A stretch of 64,000 nt of DNA from Camelus ferus (lineage: Eukaryota). The stretch is from positions 64,854,001-64,918,000 of the forward strand of contig NC_045697.1 of assembly GCF_009834535.1 (NCBI RefSeq). The letters run 5' to 3'. The notes below the pieces were generated by a model. It did not search any database and had not been told where the DNA came from. It was given only the letters and a program-made list of their open reading frames with translations. Below are positions 52,410 to 63,882 of this stretch, piece after piece (within the stretch, counting starts at the first letter, position 1; each line of letters opens with the position of its first letter). A program made the position numbers and the translations under genes.

Positions 52410-52610
52410 TGTGGGGGCTACCTCTACCGTTATTTACTGAGTGACCTTGGATAAGTTGCTTAACCTGTTGCACCTTTATTTCCTTATCTGTAAGGTGGGG
52501 TTAATAGTGATATTGACATCAAGGAGTGTTGTGACGATTACATAAAATAATAAACATAAAGTGCTTTGAGTATTTAAAATAGCAAGTGCCATATAAATGT
52601 CAACTCTCAT
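52410..52610 (+). mobile_element. MIR relic
   Basis: CTGAGTGACCTTGGATAAGTTGCTTAACCT...TTTCCTTATCTGTAAGGTGGGGTTAATAGT. Confidence 0.8.
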
Positions 52611-52719
52611 TTCTAATAAATTCATGATTCTAAAATGGAAGTTTTAAATAAGTGATAGAATGTGAAGAACAAGGATTTTAATTCCAGTTTGTTTTGCTAA
52701 GAATTCACATGAGTCTATG

Positions 52720-54300
52720 TATCTTAGATAGGTATTCTTGACAACAGGCAGGGGTTGGACTGCAAGTATAACCAATGCTTATTAAGAATAAGAAGAATTT
52801 AAAAGTCTAAATAGGCTGGATAAATTAGATAGAAGAAAAGAGTCTAAGTTCCTTATTACTTATTTCAGTTATACTAATGGGACCCAGGAGAATAGTAGCA
52901 TATAATTCTAAATTGGCAAAGAAGCAAGTTAGATGAAACTCTAAGTATAAACTATCTAAGTATCTATTTGAAGGCTTATTCACTTAAAAACAGATCACCT
53001 GATAATTTTTGCCTCACTGAATTCTTTACTTTTCAGAGTTGAATAAGGCCTGCTATTTTGAATCTTACTCTATCAAGGAAGCATCAGTTAGCAAAGTGGA
53101 AGTGACAGGAATCTTGGGAGAAGATGATACCATCTTAGGTGCCATAAAGCTAAGGAAATGAATGCTTTGTAGACTCTCATATCTTCCCCAAATTTTAAGA
53201 AAATCTAGTGAACAAAACAAATTCATGACAAAGATAGGTGTGCTCAAATGCTAAAAGCTCTGAAAAATGAAATCTATAGCCTCACAGATTTTCTAATGAG
53301 AAAGAAAGTGAACAGATATCTAATAAAGTAATGCACCTGTATAGAGAAGGAGCTTTCTTTTGGGATTAGCTTTTTTGGCAGTATGTATTAAAAAGTGGGA
53401 TAAAGAACAAAATGAATAAATTGTTAAAAAAAAAAAAAGGTGAGGCAAAACCCTAAAACATGTAAAGAGAAGTAGGGAAAAGTACAGACTACAACATATA
53501 TTGTGTTTATATTACTCATCTTCTAGAAAAAACAGACAATGTTAGGTTTATTATTTAGGTCACTGATGAGAGAGAAAACAGATCTACTCAACTTGTGTTT
53601 TACTTCCATATTACCTGTTTACAAAAAACTGAGAAGTGGAGTAAATATGGAAAGAGTTGATACTGAAATCTAAGCTAGGAGAGGGGAAAATAAATGTAAC
53701 ATAAATTGAACACAGTAATTCTCTCTCCCAAAGATATTCTTGTCCATGGGTTATAAAACTTATGTGCAGACATGAAAACTCAAGCAATTTTTATAATGTT
53801 CCACAATTACAGCAGTATAGGATTTCAGGATTTGAAGGAACCATAGAAGTTGATTTGACATCTGATGCTTCAATGTTCTGCCTTCTTCTTCTAACAAACT
53901 TACACAAACAAACAGATGTATTGATAACTTAAAAGGGGATATGATTAGGTTATTAAATCCTAGATCTTGATATTAATATTTGGGAAAAAGAAAGAAATCC
54001 AATGAATTAGTAAACAAGTTGTGAATGATAAGAGCAAAAAGAGGCAAGCCATAAGGAGAAAATAATTTCTAATGTCAGTCTGCAATTTTACAGTGTGTCT
54101 GAATATGGGTAGATCATGAAAAATTCTGTAGCTTCAATATGCCTTGATTTAACTGAATTACATAAATGTCTGTCATCATAGCTTGTGGACAAGATATAGG
54201 GGATGTGTGTTTAATGATGGTAGAGTTTATGAAATTGAGCTAGTTGAGAAACCACCAAACATGGTCTTTTAATGTATGGATGTCACCTGGCATCCATACA
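52720..54300 (+). mobile_element. Ancient CR1/L3 LINE ORF2 remnants
   Basis: AAAGTGGAAGTGACAGGAATCTTGGGAGAAG, GAGAAAACAGATCTACTCAACTTGTGTTTTACTTCC and CTTGTGGACAAGAT resemble recalled L3 segments in the expected order. Confidence 0.55.
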
Positions 54301-54624
54301 TTTATGACACTTAATTTAATGACATGGCTAGGGTTACTGCTTATTATTTACTGCACTACATCTTTTCAAGTAGCTATAAAAAACATATTCATTCTAAAAC
54401 AGACATTAGTATGTATTAACATTTATTGAATGCAATGCTTTATTGTAAATAAATGGAGAAAAAATGGATTATTCAAAAATGCTGAGAATAACTAGTTAGT
54501 TTTTTGGTATAATTTAAATTATATTTTAACCTCACACACACCAAAATTAATTCATATATGAATTAAAATATTTAATTACTAATGTGCAAAAGAAAATAGT
54601 AAATACTGCTAATCTATAAGTCTT

Positions 54625-54890
54625 AAAATTTGTTTCTCCAGCTCAGTGCTCCTTACTGAGCTTCATGCCCAGAAACCCACCTCTGTTGGAAATGCCCATT
54701 TCATTCTCTTACACTCATAGCAAACTCACCAGACCAGAACTGAGTTCATTAGCGTACCTCTTATTCTCCTCCTCCTCCTGGAGTTCCATGGTGAGAAATA
54801 GAAGCATCATATACCTACGTGTGCTAGCCAGAATCCTGTGACTCATCTTTGACTCTTTATGTATTCCCTAAATTATATTAGTCATCAAGC
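54625..54890 (+). mobile_element. L2 LINE relic
   Basis: TCTCCAGCTCAGTGCTCCTTACTGAGCTTCA...CAAACTCACCAGACCAGAACTGAGTTCA...GCCAGAATCCTGTGACTCATCTTTGACTC. Confidence 0.65.
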
Positions 54891-55149
54891 CAGAGCAGGC
54901 AGTTGACCAAAATTCCATTTTAGAAATATTACCTTGACAACAAGTAAAAGAAGGAATGAATTAATTTTCTTAAATTTCTTATTAAGAATTCAGCACCAAT
55001 TATAACTGAGTTTCGAGCACAGTAACTTATTTGGTCCTTTAATAATAGGTATTTGTTAGCACCAACTATAAGAAAAGTTAGAATTAAATTTTCTGTAATA
55101 TAATGTACATGTGGTACCTGACATAAAAAAGGCGCAAACCTGAGTGCTG

Positions 55150-55370
55150 TAGTAGTTCAGATACGTGGCTTTGGTGGATAAAAGAAGAACTTGATTTTGA
55201 ACAGATTGGAGTCTGAATCCTAACTTTGATTCCAGTTATATACTCCTAGACATGTTCCTTCTGTTCAGAAAATGAGAATAATGATGTGATGAAGATTGAA
55301 TAGAATTATATCATATAGTTCATCTGATACAATTTCTGGCACACAGTTGCATTCAATAAATATGCTGCTT
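55150..55370 (+). mobile_element. MIR relic
   Basis: GATTTTGAACAGATTGGAGTCTGAATCCTAACT...AAAATGAGAATAATG...TCTGGCACACAG...TCAATAAATA. Confidence 0.55.
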
Positions 55371-57170
55371 CTCCCCTTTTTTTCTCTCTTCCCCAGAAAA
55401 GTTAAAATAATTTCTGGCTAAAGAATCAAACAATGTTTCATAGTAAACAAAGTGCTTAATTTGTCCTTTAAATATAGATAGTATTAGAATAGGAGGAGAC
55501 AAGGGTGAGACTGTTTTTGTAGGTACAGAAAACGATTTAAAGATGTGTAAGTGGGAAAAGACAGTGTCTCTTTAGGAATTTGTTAAATATAGTTTAAATG
55601 GAACATGGGGTACACTTATCCCGATAAAGCATATAATCCATACAAGAAGGAATCCTGTCTGTTTTTATTTTTAATTATATACAAAACACCTAACAATGCT
55701 TGGGACATAGTAGCTACTTGACAAAATATTTATTGAATGAAATAACAAATAAAGATTGTAGGGCGAATGGAAATTATCCTGGAAAAAAATCTTAGCTCAC
55801 TGAATCACTTAAAATGAAAGAAATTAGACCAATAACTCTTCTTTGTTTAGATTCTGGGCTGCTATAGTGATTACTGAATAGGTAGGAAATTGAGGAAGAA
55901 GCTGGTGAATAAAGGATCTCATTCATTGATGAAAAACATATTTAAAACTCAATTAAAAAAGGGTCAGATATTAGCAGTATCAGTGGCCCATCTGTATAAT
56001 CAACTCACATCTTTTTTTTCCCAATATCCTAGGCAAATTAAATACTCTATCCTTTTGTCCTCTTGTTTGAGGTATGATCTGTCTTCAATTTAACATTACC
56101 AGAAATAGTAAATTAGTTTCATGTTTAAGGGTGTTCCATAGTATTTTTTGGTAACTATTTAATTGCCAGGTAGTATTTTTAGTAAGATGGAATGAAAGCT
56201 GCTTTTCCTACTGTATCTGTTCAGGGAAGCAGTATGATTTTATAGAATTATAAAGTAAAATTTTCAATTCAGTGATTTTTTTCTTTTCTTTATACATGAA
56301 AATAGCTGCTTCCTTTATTGGCACAAAAGAAATGCAACATTTCTTTTTTTTAAACATTGTTTATGATTTATAATCATTTTACAATGTTGTGTCAAATTCC
56401 AGTGTAGAGCACAATTTTTCAGTTATACATAAACATATATATATATATATTCATTGTCACATTTTTTTCTCTGTGAGCTACCACAAGATCTTGTGTATAT
56501 TTCCTTGTGCTATACAGTATAATCTTGTTTATCTATTCTACAATTTTGAAATCCTGTCTATCCCTTCCCACCCTCTGCCACCTTGGCTTGGCAACCACAA
56601 GTTTGTATTCTATGTCTGTGAGTCTATTTCTGTTTTGTATTTATGCTTTGTTTGTTTGTTTGTTTGTTTTTCAGATTCCACATAGGAGCAATCTCATACG
56701 GTATTTTTCTTTCTCTTGCTGGCTTACTTCACTTAGAACGACATTCTCCAGGAGCATCCATGTTGCTTGAAATGGCATTATGTTGTCGGTTTTTATGGCT
56801 GGGTAGTATTCCATTGTATAAATATACCACATCTTCTTTACCCAGTCATCTGTTGATGGACATTTAGGCTGTTTCCATGTCTTGGCTGTTGTAAATAGTG
56901 CTGCTATGAACATCAGGGTGCAGGTGTCATCCTGCAGTAGGGTTCCTTCTGGATATATGCTCAGGAGCGGGATTCCTGGGTCTATTCCTAGTCTTTTGAG
57001 GAATCTCCATACTGTTTTCCACAATGGCTTTCCTTGCTTCCCTCTCCCACTCTTAATGATTTAGATGTTTTCTTTTACAATTTTGTGTTTATTCTTTTTG
57101 TAATTCATGGCCGTTATCTCCTTTCCAGTTACGGGTTTCTCATTTTTGTAGCATCCCGCTTCTTTTCTAT

Positions 57171-58070
57171 TTAGAGTAGACCTGTCAGTATTTCTTTTAG
57201 CATGGGTTTAGTATTGCTAAACTCTTTTAGTTTTTGCTTGTCTGTGAAGTTCTTTCTCTCTCCTTCTATTCTAAAGGATAGCCTTGCTGGATAGAGTATC
57301 CTAGGCTGCATCTTTTTTTCACTCAGGACTTTGAATGTATCTTGCCACTCCCTTCTGGCCTGTAGTGTTTGTGTAGAGAAATCAGCTGAGAGCCTTATGG
57401 GGGTTCCCTTGTAACTCACTCTTTGATTTTCTCTTGCTGCCTTTAGGATCATTTCTTTATCCTTGACTCTGACCATCTTGATTATAATATGTCTTGGTGT
57501 GGGTCTGTTTGGGGTCTTCCTGTTTGGGACCCTCTGAGCCTCCTGTACTTGGATATCTGATTCCTTTAGGTTTGGGAAGTTTTCAGTCATGATTTCTTCA
57601 AATACCTTTTCAATTCCCTTTGTTCTGTCTTCCCCTTCTGGAACCCCTATTATGCGTAGATTGGCACGCTTTATATTATCCCATAGGTCCCTTATATTGT
57701 TTTCATTGTTTTTTATTTGTTTTTCTCTCAGCTGTTCTGATTGGGTGCTTTCTGTTGTCCTGTCTTCTAGGTCACTTAGTCGTTCCTCTGCATTATCTAG
57801 CCTGCTTTGTAGAGCCTTTAGGTCAGCTCTCATCTCAGCAAATGAGTTTACTAATTCTCCTTGGTTCTTCTTTATAGCTTCTATTTCATTTTTGATATAT
57901 GTTATATCTCTAAGCACTGTTTCTTTTAGTTCCTTCAGTACTTTGATCACTCCTTTTTTGAAATCTTGATCTAGTAGGCCATCGATGTCTATTTCCTTGA
58001 TTGTGCTTTCAGGGGATTTTTCTTGATCTTTTAATTGGGAGTGGTTCCTCGGCTTCTTCATATTGCTCAT
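57171..58070 (-). CDS. LINE-1 ORF1p (RNA-binding nucleic-acid chaperone), intact 299-aa reading frame
   Basis: ATG to TAA without interruption. Coiled coil (LKALQSRLDNAEERLSDLEDR), RRM motifs LWDNIKRANLRIIGVPE, IMTENFPNL and TPRHIIIK, CTD motifs ARREW and YPARLSF. Confidence 0.93.
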   Translation of the reverse strand: MSNMKKPRNHSQLKDQEKSPESTIKEIDIDGLLDQDFKKGVIKVLKELKETVLRDITYIKNEIEAIKKNQGELVNSFAEMRADLKALQSRLDNAEERLSDLEDRTTESTQSEQLREKQIKNNENNIRDLWDNIKRANLRIIGVPEGEDRTKGIEKVFEEIMTENFPNLKESDIQVQEAQRVPNRKTPNRPTPRHIIIKMVRVKDKEMILKAARENQRVSYKGTPIRLSADFSTQTLQARREWQDTFKVLSEKKMQPRILYPARLSFRIEGERKNFTDKQKLKEFSNTKPMLKEILTGLL

Positions 58071-59398
58071 ATCTCTCTGGCACTGTGGCTTAAGGAGTAT
58101 CAGTTATCTAGTTCTCCTGGAGACGGTATGCTCTTAATGATTTTATTGAGAGTTCTTTGTGTCTTCGCCCTGTTTCGCGAACTCAGCTTGCTGTTTCCAG
58201 AGGCTCTCTGTTGGCGCCCTCTTCTGTGCTGCTCCCAGTGGCTGTCAGTTAGCAGATCGCACCCCCCTCCCAACACTGGGTCAAGTGCTGAGCTCTTATC
58301 TGGTGGGCAGGCGGGTCACTCCCCCGCCTGATGCCTCAGTCAGACTGCGCTCGGGGGAGGCAGGTGGGCGGATCGTGTCCTCTCCCAGCACCATGGTCAG
58401 GTGCTGCGTTTCTGCCAGGAAAACGGGTTGCCGCCAGCCCTTTCCAGGCACCTGTTGCTCCACTGCTCTGTGCAGTTGCCCGCTCCGCCTTGGGTCGGTG
58501 TTCTGAAGGCGGGCTCGGGGAAGACCGCAGAATGGCCCCGCCTCTTCTCCGTACCAAATCTCAGCTCCTTATTTGTCTTGGCAGCGCGAGTTCTCTGAGG
58601 TGCCAGGGAAGAAAGACCCTATCTGCCTCCAGCTGTAAACAAGTCTCTGTCCTGCGTAGGTGTTGTGGAACCCCCGGGTGCAGATTCAGGTCTCGGCCCC
58701 ACCACTGCCTGCGCGCTGCGCACAGGAGAATATGGTGGCTGTGGCTCAGCCCCGCCTCTCTTCTCTGGAGAAGTGCCAGTAATGACGGCACAGGTCTGAG
58801 GAGACAAAGGCTATGGCGCCCCTCCCCCCCGGGCACACCAGCTGTGTTGCTTCACTGTTTTTCACAATTTATGGGAGACCGAGGTGGTTCTGCTCTGTAT
58901 CCCCTCCCAGCCATGGTGCGCAGCCGCCTGCAGTCCCCCAGGGCCGCCGCAGTGCAGCAGCACCATTCCTCCTGGTTCGGGCAGCCTGTCCCAGCCCCAG
59001 CTGCTGGCTTGTGTCTCGGGCTGGGTGTCACGGGGACCCTTTGTGCCCATTTAAGTCAGTTCTGTCGGTCAAGGGGTTCTCGGGGCAGATCTGAGCCTCA
59101 GAGACTCCCTCTCTGTCCTGCTGGCCTCTCCATTGGAGAGAGGAGACCCAGCGAATGAGCGCCAGCCCTCCTTTGCTGCTCCCTGCCCCCGGGATCGATC
59201 CTGAAGTGTTTTGCTTTTTTTCTTTCTTTTTTCCTACCAGATGTTCGGCGTCTTTGTCTTTTGAAGAGGGCAATGCTCTGTTGGAGTTCGGCAGGTGCTC
59301 TGGTTGGCTGAGTGGGTCTGTAGATGTTAGTTTTGGTGTATTTGTGGAAGAGGGTGAGCTACAAGCGTCCTTCTACTCCACCATCTTGCTTCTCTCTC
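58071..59398 (-). promoter_or_regulatory. L1 5'UTR internal promoter; the only CpG-rich GC island in the window
   Basis: GC-rich with many retained CpGs, directly upstream of ORF1. YY1-type AAGATGG core near the 5' end (plus-strand CCATCTT, 59381-59387). Confidence 0.8.
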
Positions 59399-60540
59399 CA
59401 TAAGTATGTATATTATGCTCTTTGTCAAGCACCTGCCAGGAAATTCTCCATTCTATGATTTATATCCTTTAGTTTAGCTATCCTTTGGAACTTTCCTTTT
59501 CAGTATTTCTGTACTCTTGGCCAGGTTACTTGTATAAAATGTCATTTCTCCAAGCTACTCTTCAAAATAACCTAAAAGGAGTCCCTATAATCTATGACCT
59601 CAGATCCAAATTATTTATCTTGCTATTCAGGATCCTCCAAAATTTACTCTCATATTGTTAATCTAACCAGTATCTTCTGTGATTTCATTTGACTCAACAA
59701 AGAATCATAACAGTTTATTACTACTACATGTAGTGTATGGGACTGGACAAAATGGATATAAAATACTCCATAAGATATTATGCCCTCAACAAACTCAGAC
59801 CTTGTAAGGATACATACACACACACACACATGCACCCCCACACAACTATATTTTAAAGGTATTTATGTATGTATATATGTTGTACATGTCTCATTAGTGA
59901 TAGACTAGTGATATTTGTACCAATTTGTACACACTGCTGTGTGAACATAAATGGAAAACCAAAATGGATTCCTGCCTGATTTGGGGTAAGTGATTCATGG
60001 AGAAGAGAAAAGAAACTAGTATTTTTTATAAAAGGAACTAGTTTGTGACAGGCACAATTCTTGGATTTTTTGCATTCATTCCAATACTTGCTTTATAAGG
60101 CACTTTATGATTATGTGTCAGTATACTCATTTTATAGATGAAGATATTTTGAGTCATTGATATCTGTAGAAGCAGCTCTTTGTGACTCCAACCCCCTTTT
60201 CAAAATGACATTTGTAAATTCCGGGTTTAGAGATTAAGTTTGATTTGACAAGAGGGAAAGAGCAACAGATGAGCAAAAATGCAGAAGCATGAAGCATTGA
60301 TCATATTCAAGGAATTCAAGTTGCTCTGGTTTGGCTGGTGATTAAGAGACTTGGAGAGGATCGAGTGACAAGGGACTAGAAAGACAACTTTGGACAGATC
60401 ATCCATAAGTCTTTAGATGTTTAAATTGAGCAAGAAATCAATTTTGCTTGTAGTGAGAGGCATTGAATGTATTTGATGGAGAGAGTGATGAAATTGAGCC
60501 TCTTTTAACTGTCCACTTAACTACCTAACACATTTCCACC

Positions 60541-61114
60541 TGTATCACTCTTCTATTGATGGGTGACAAATTAGCTAAAACAAGAACAAAAACAAAACCC
60601 CTCAAAACCCCCAAAAAACAAAAAAAGCCACCCTATACCCCAAGTATTTATTATATTACCACTTGTTTGAGTCAGGAACTGAGGAGCAAGTTAGCTGGGT
60701 GCCTCTGGCTTGGAGTCTCTCATAAAGTTGTAGTCAAGTGGTCTCATGAGAAGGCTTGACAAGATATCGGGGACTTTGTCGATACATTTCAAGGCTGACT
60801 CATGTGAGTTTGACTAGTCTCCATCCCTCACCATGTGAACCTTTTCATGTTACTACAACAGACCTATGCATTTGACTTCCCCTGGGTGAGGAATACAAGA
60901 GAGATTGAGACCAAGTAAGAGGGCATGCCAGGAGAAAAGTTACTGTCTTTTTGTAACCTAATTTTTGAGGTGTCATTCCAGTTTTTATGCTATATACCAT
61001 TTATTAGAAGTGACTCAATAAGTCCAGCCCACACTCAAGTAGAAGGAACTACTCAGAGATGTGAATATCAGCAGATGGGGATCTGTGAGAGCCTTCTTGG
61101 AGGCTCCTTACCAT
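60541..61114 (-). mobile_element. MaLR LTR (MLT1F-like)
   Basis: TGTATCA start; GTCAGGAACTGAGGAGCAAGTTAGCTGGGTGCCTCTGGCT...TTAGAAGTGACTCAATAAGTCCAGCCCACACTCAAG...TTGGAGGCTCCTTACCATA. Confidence 0.82.
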
Positions 61115-62120
61115 ATTATCTTGTTTATATTCTTCACTTTCCAGAATATTAATTTTATCTAGACTATTATCTTCTAGACGATTCAAGTTGAGTAAAAATA
61201 TTTCAAGGACTACCTTTTTCTATGATCTGTCCTCTGACATAGTGAACTGTGCTTTTCTAGACTTCCAGAAATTAGAAAAATATTGCTTTCACCATGCAGT
61301 TGAATACATAGCTTTTGCTTCTCTCTCTTTTTATTTTTATTTTTATTTTTTTAAGCTTTTGCTTCTTTGGTAAGATCTATGCCACGTACTATACCTGTAT
61401 CCTTAGAACACCTAGCAATGAGTATAATATATGCCCAATATAATTATATTGACCAGAGGATTTCTCTTAAAGGCATTTCTTCTTAGAGTATATTACCTTT
61501 TAAAGTTCACCCTTACTTTTACTTTTGAAACCTTGATTTTGCTTGATGTTTGAGTACTGATTAGGTGGCTTAAATAGATTCTCAGAGTCCGTAATACAGG
61601 ATAAGAGATACATATCATTTCATTTTTGGGGGCGGGGGTGTTGTTTTGTCACTTACTTCAGTGTTTCTTAGACTGCTTAATGTGGTAACATATATAGGAT
61701 TTCAGAAGTTCAGAATTTTCAGGAATCCTATTATATTAACATTTTTCAAACTAATTTGATCACAAGATCCTTTTTGGAAAATGCTAATAGATGTTTCCAT
61801 ACCACAGTAAAAAACATAAGCTACTTTACTTGCCAATCAGTATAAGACCAAAATGATGACTCAGCATTCATTCATTTTCAAATATGATCAGAATTTTGCA
61901 TTTGCTAGACTCTTGAGTATTGTTAAATATAATGTTAAAACCAGAAATGAGTAAGATCTTTTATATAAAGAGGTTCAGTACCATTCGATTCCTCTGTTAT
62001 TTTCAGGTTTCAATGTACTAAAACCTTAAAACAACAATAATTAAACAAAGCTCTTATTCTATACAGCTTATTGTAATATTGAAGCCTGAAAATACAGTTA
62101 AGAAGTGATAGTATGTTGCA

Positions 62121-62180
62121 GTGTTTTTGGCATTAACTTACTTAGGAATATATTTAATTTTCTACTAATCATGAATAATT
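62121..62180 (+). repeat. 60-bp segment duplicated at 63753-63812
   Basis: 51 of 60 positions identical, with an identical 26-nt core TATATTTAATTTTCTACTAATCATGA. Confidence 0.88.
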
Positions 62181-63752
62181 TATGCCACATTAAGATGAGC
62201 TTAAAAGGATATTTTTAAGATCTACTAATAACTGCTAAACTATCCTTAAGTTTAGCAAAGGTTAAAAAAAAAGAATGAGAAGAAAAGGCTTTTGAAAGAT
62301 CGTCTTTGGGGGGAAAAAAAGGATGATATTATATTAAAACTTCAATTTTTATTTCCTATTGAAGGTTTTCCTTTTTTTTTCTGCCTTTCAGTTTCATCTG
62401 GGATAATATACTCTGCAACAATGTTTGCATCTTGTAATACTGCATTTTGTCTATTGATTATAAGCATAAACTACTATGTAGAAAAGGTAGGAAGCAAAAT
62501 TGTCACAGCATTTATGGTCTCAGGTATTTTTAAAGGAAGCTTAATTTTTTCTCTCCACAGGAAAAGTTATATTGACACGCACCTCCTGAACAGTAATATA
62601 AAATTGCATTGATTTTTTCACCACGAGGAATGTCATTTTATTGGATTCATCTTTGACTTAGATTAAGCACACACAAATTAATAGAATTTAATGGAGCTAA
62701 ATCCACCTTCATTTTTTTTGCCATTTTCTTTGTGTATGTATAATATGTTTTTATACTTTTCTTTTATAAATCATTTGCTTTTAAACAGATTTAAAGCCAA
62801 TTTTACTTAGTCCATGCTGAGTGAGTTAAGGTGTTTCTCTAGAAGAGGCACCAGGCTATTTTAGTGATTGGTGTAAAACAAGTCTAAAGTAATAACATAG
62901 GGTCTTTTAGAGAACAGAAGAAAATGTTCCTCAGTTCATTATTGTTGTTTTTATAATCTTGAGTTGCCAATAGAGTTGAGATTTGGATTTGGTTGGTGCA
63001 AGTGAATAAACAATCAGTTAAATCAAAGCACAAAGATGTTATTTTGCATTTTTGCAGCAGATAGTAAATTATTCAGAACCTAGCTCATCTAGCTATCAAA
63101 AATTTTACCGAGTAAAAAGGTGGGTTTGAATACCAATATATTATACAAAAGTAGAAAGAATTATGCCATTTAAATCATTAAATAGTGAAAATTGTAGGAG
63201 ATGTGGCATGCAAGTAAATAAAATACTAATTCCAACTTTAAGGATGATAACTATGTACTAGCTTAAGTTTTTAAAAATAAGCTAAAGATTTATATGATCA
63301 GAAGAGTACAGAGATTAAGCTTTTAGATGATATGCAATTGGATATCCTAGCCTTGCTCTGAGGAAAGAATCCCAATAAAAGAGAAGCATCTATTGTTGTT
63401 TTGTTTACATTTACTACAACTTGCAGTGAATAGAAGCTCTTGAGTTGGACACTAAAACAATACACATAGCTTATTTTAGAGAAGAAATACTTTCATAGGT
63501 TTAAAAAAAAAGATTAGCAACTTTGGGAAGACCTGATCTCTGGCTTCATTGTAAACGATTATTCATGTTCATAATTAGCAGGAGCTTTCTGACTTCTCTG
63601 TACATTTGCAACCTAGGAAAAATCCTTAATATATTATATTCAAATGAAGCAAAGTGTCCAATGAAAAATATGAGCAATACATTTATTTTAATGTATATTT
63701 TTCTACATGATCTATACATGAACTCATCTTCAAATTGCATTTGCAATTTGTT

Positions 63753-63882
63753 GTGTTTACAGCATTAACCGAAGTAGGATTATATTTAATTTTCTACTAA
63801 TCATGAGTAATTAAAGAGGGTAACTTTAGGAAAACTGATTTATTATTGAATAATTAAAGGGGTGACTTTAGAAAACTGATTT
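63753..63882 (+). repeat. Second copy of the 60-bp segment, fused to a tandem duplication with a ~43-bp period
   Basis: TGAGTAATTAAAGAGGGTAACTTTAGGAAAACTGATTT (63804-63841) / TGAATAATTAAAGGGGTGACTTTAGAAAACTGATTT (63847-63882). Confidence 0.85.

Larger units (their letters stand above)
56341..59398 (-). mobile_element. Young L1 derivative: full 5'UTR, intact ORF1, spacer, then only the ORF2 C-terminal tip and 3'UTR (~3.06 kb)
   Basis: 5' start GGAGAGAGAAGCAAGATGGTGGAGTAG. ORF1 is 299 aa. Junction at 57027/57028 leads to [14 protein letters not shown] (ORF2 end). 3'UTR is closely similar to 47800-48160; T-tract at 56341-56351. Confidence 0.93.

Noticed and set aside
58331..59158. 275-aa plus-strand ORF and other overlapping ORFs in the L1 5'UTR, as a possible ORF0-like antisense protein
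   Set aside because: GC-rich sequence is poor in stop codons, ORFs occur in most frames here, and no domain is recognisable. It would need conservation across family copies to be credible.
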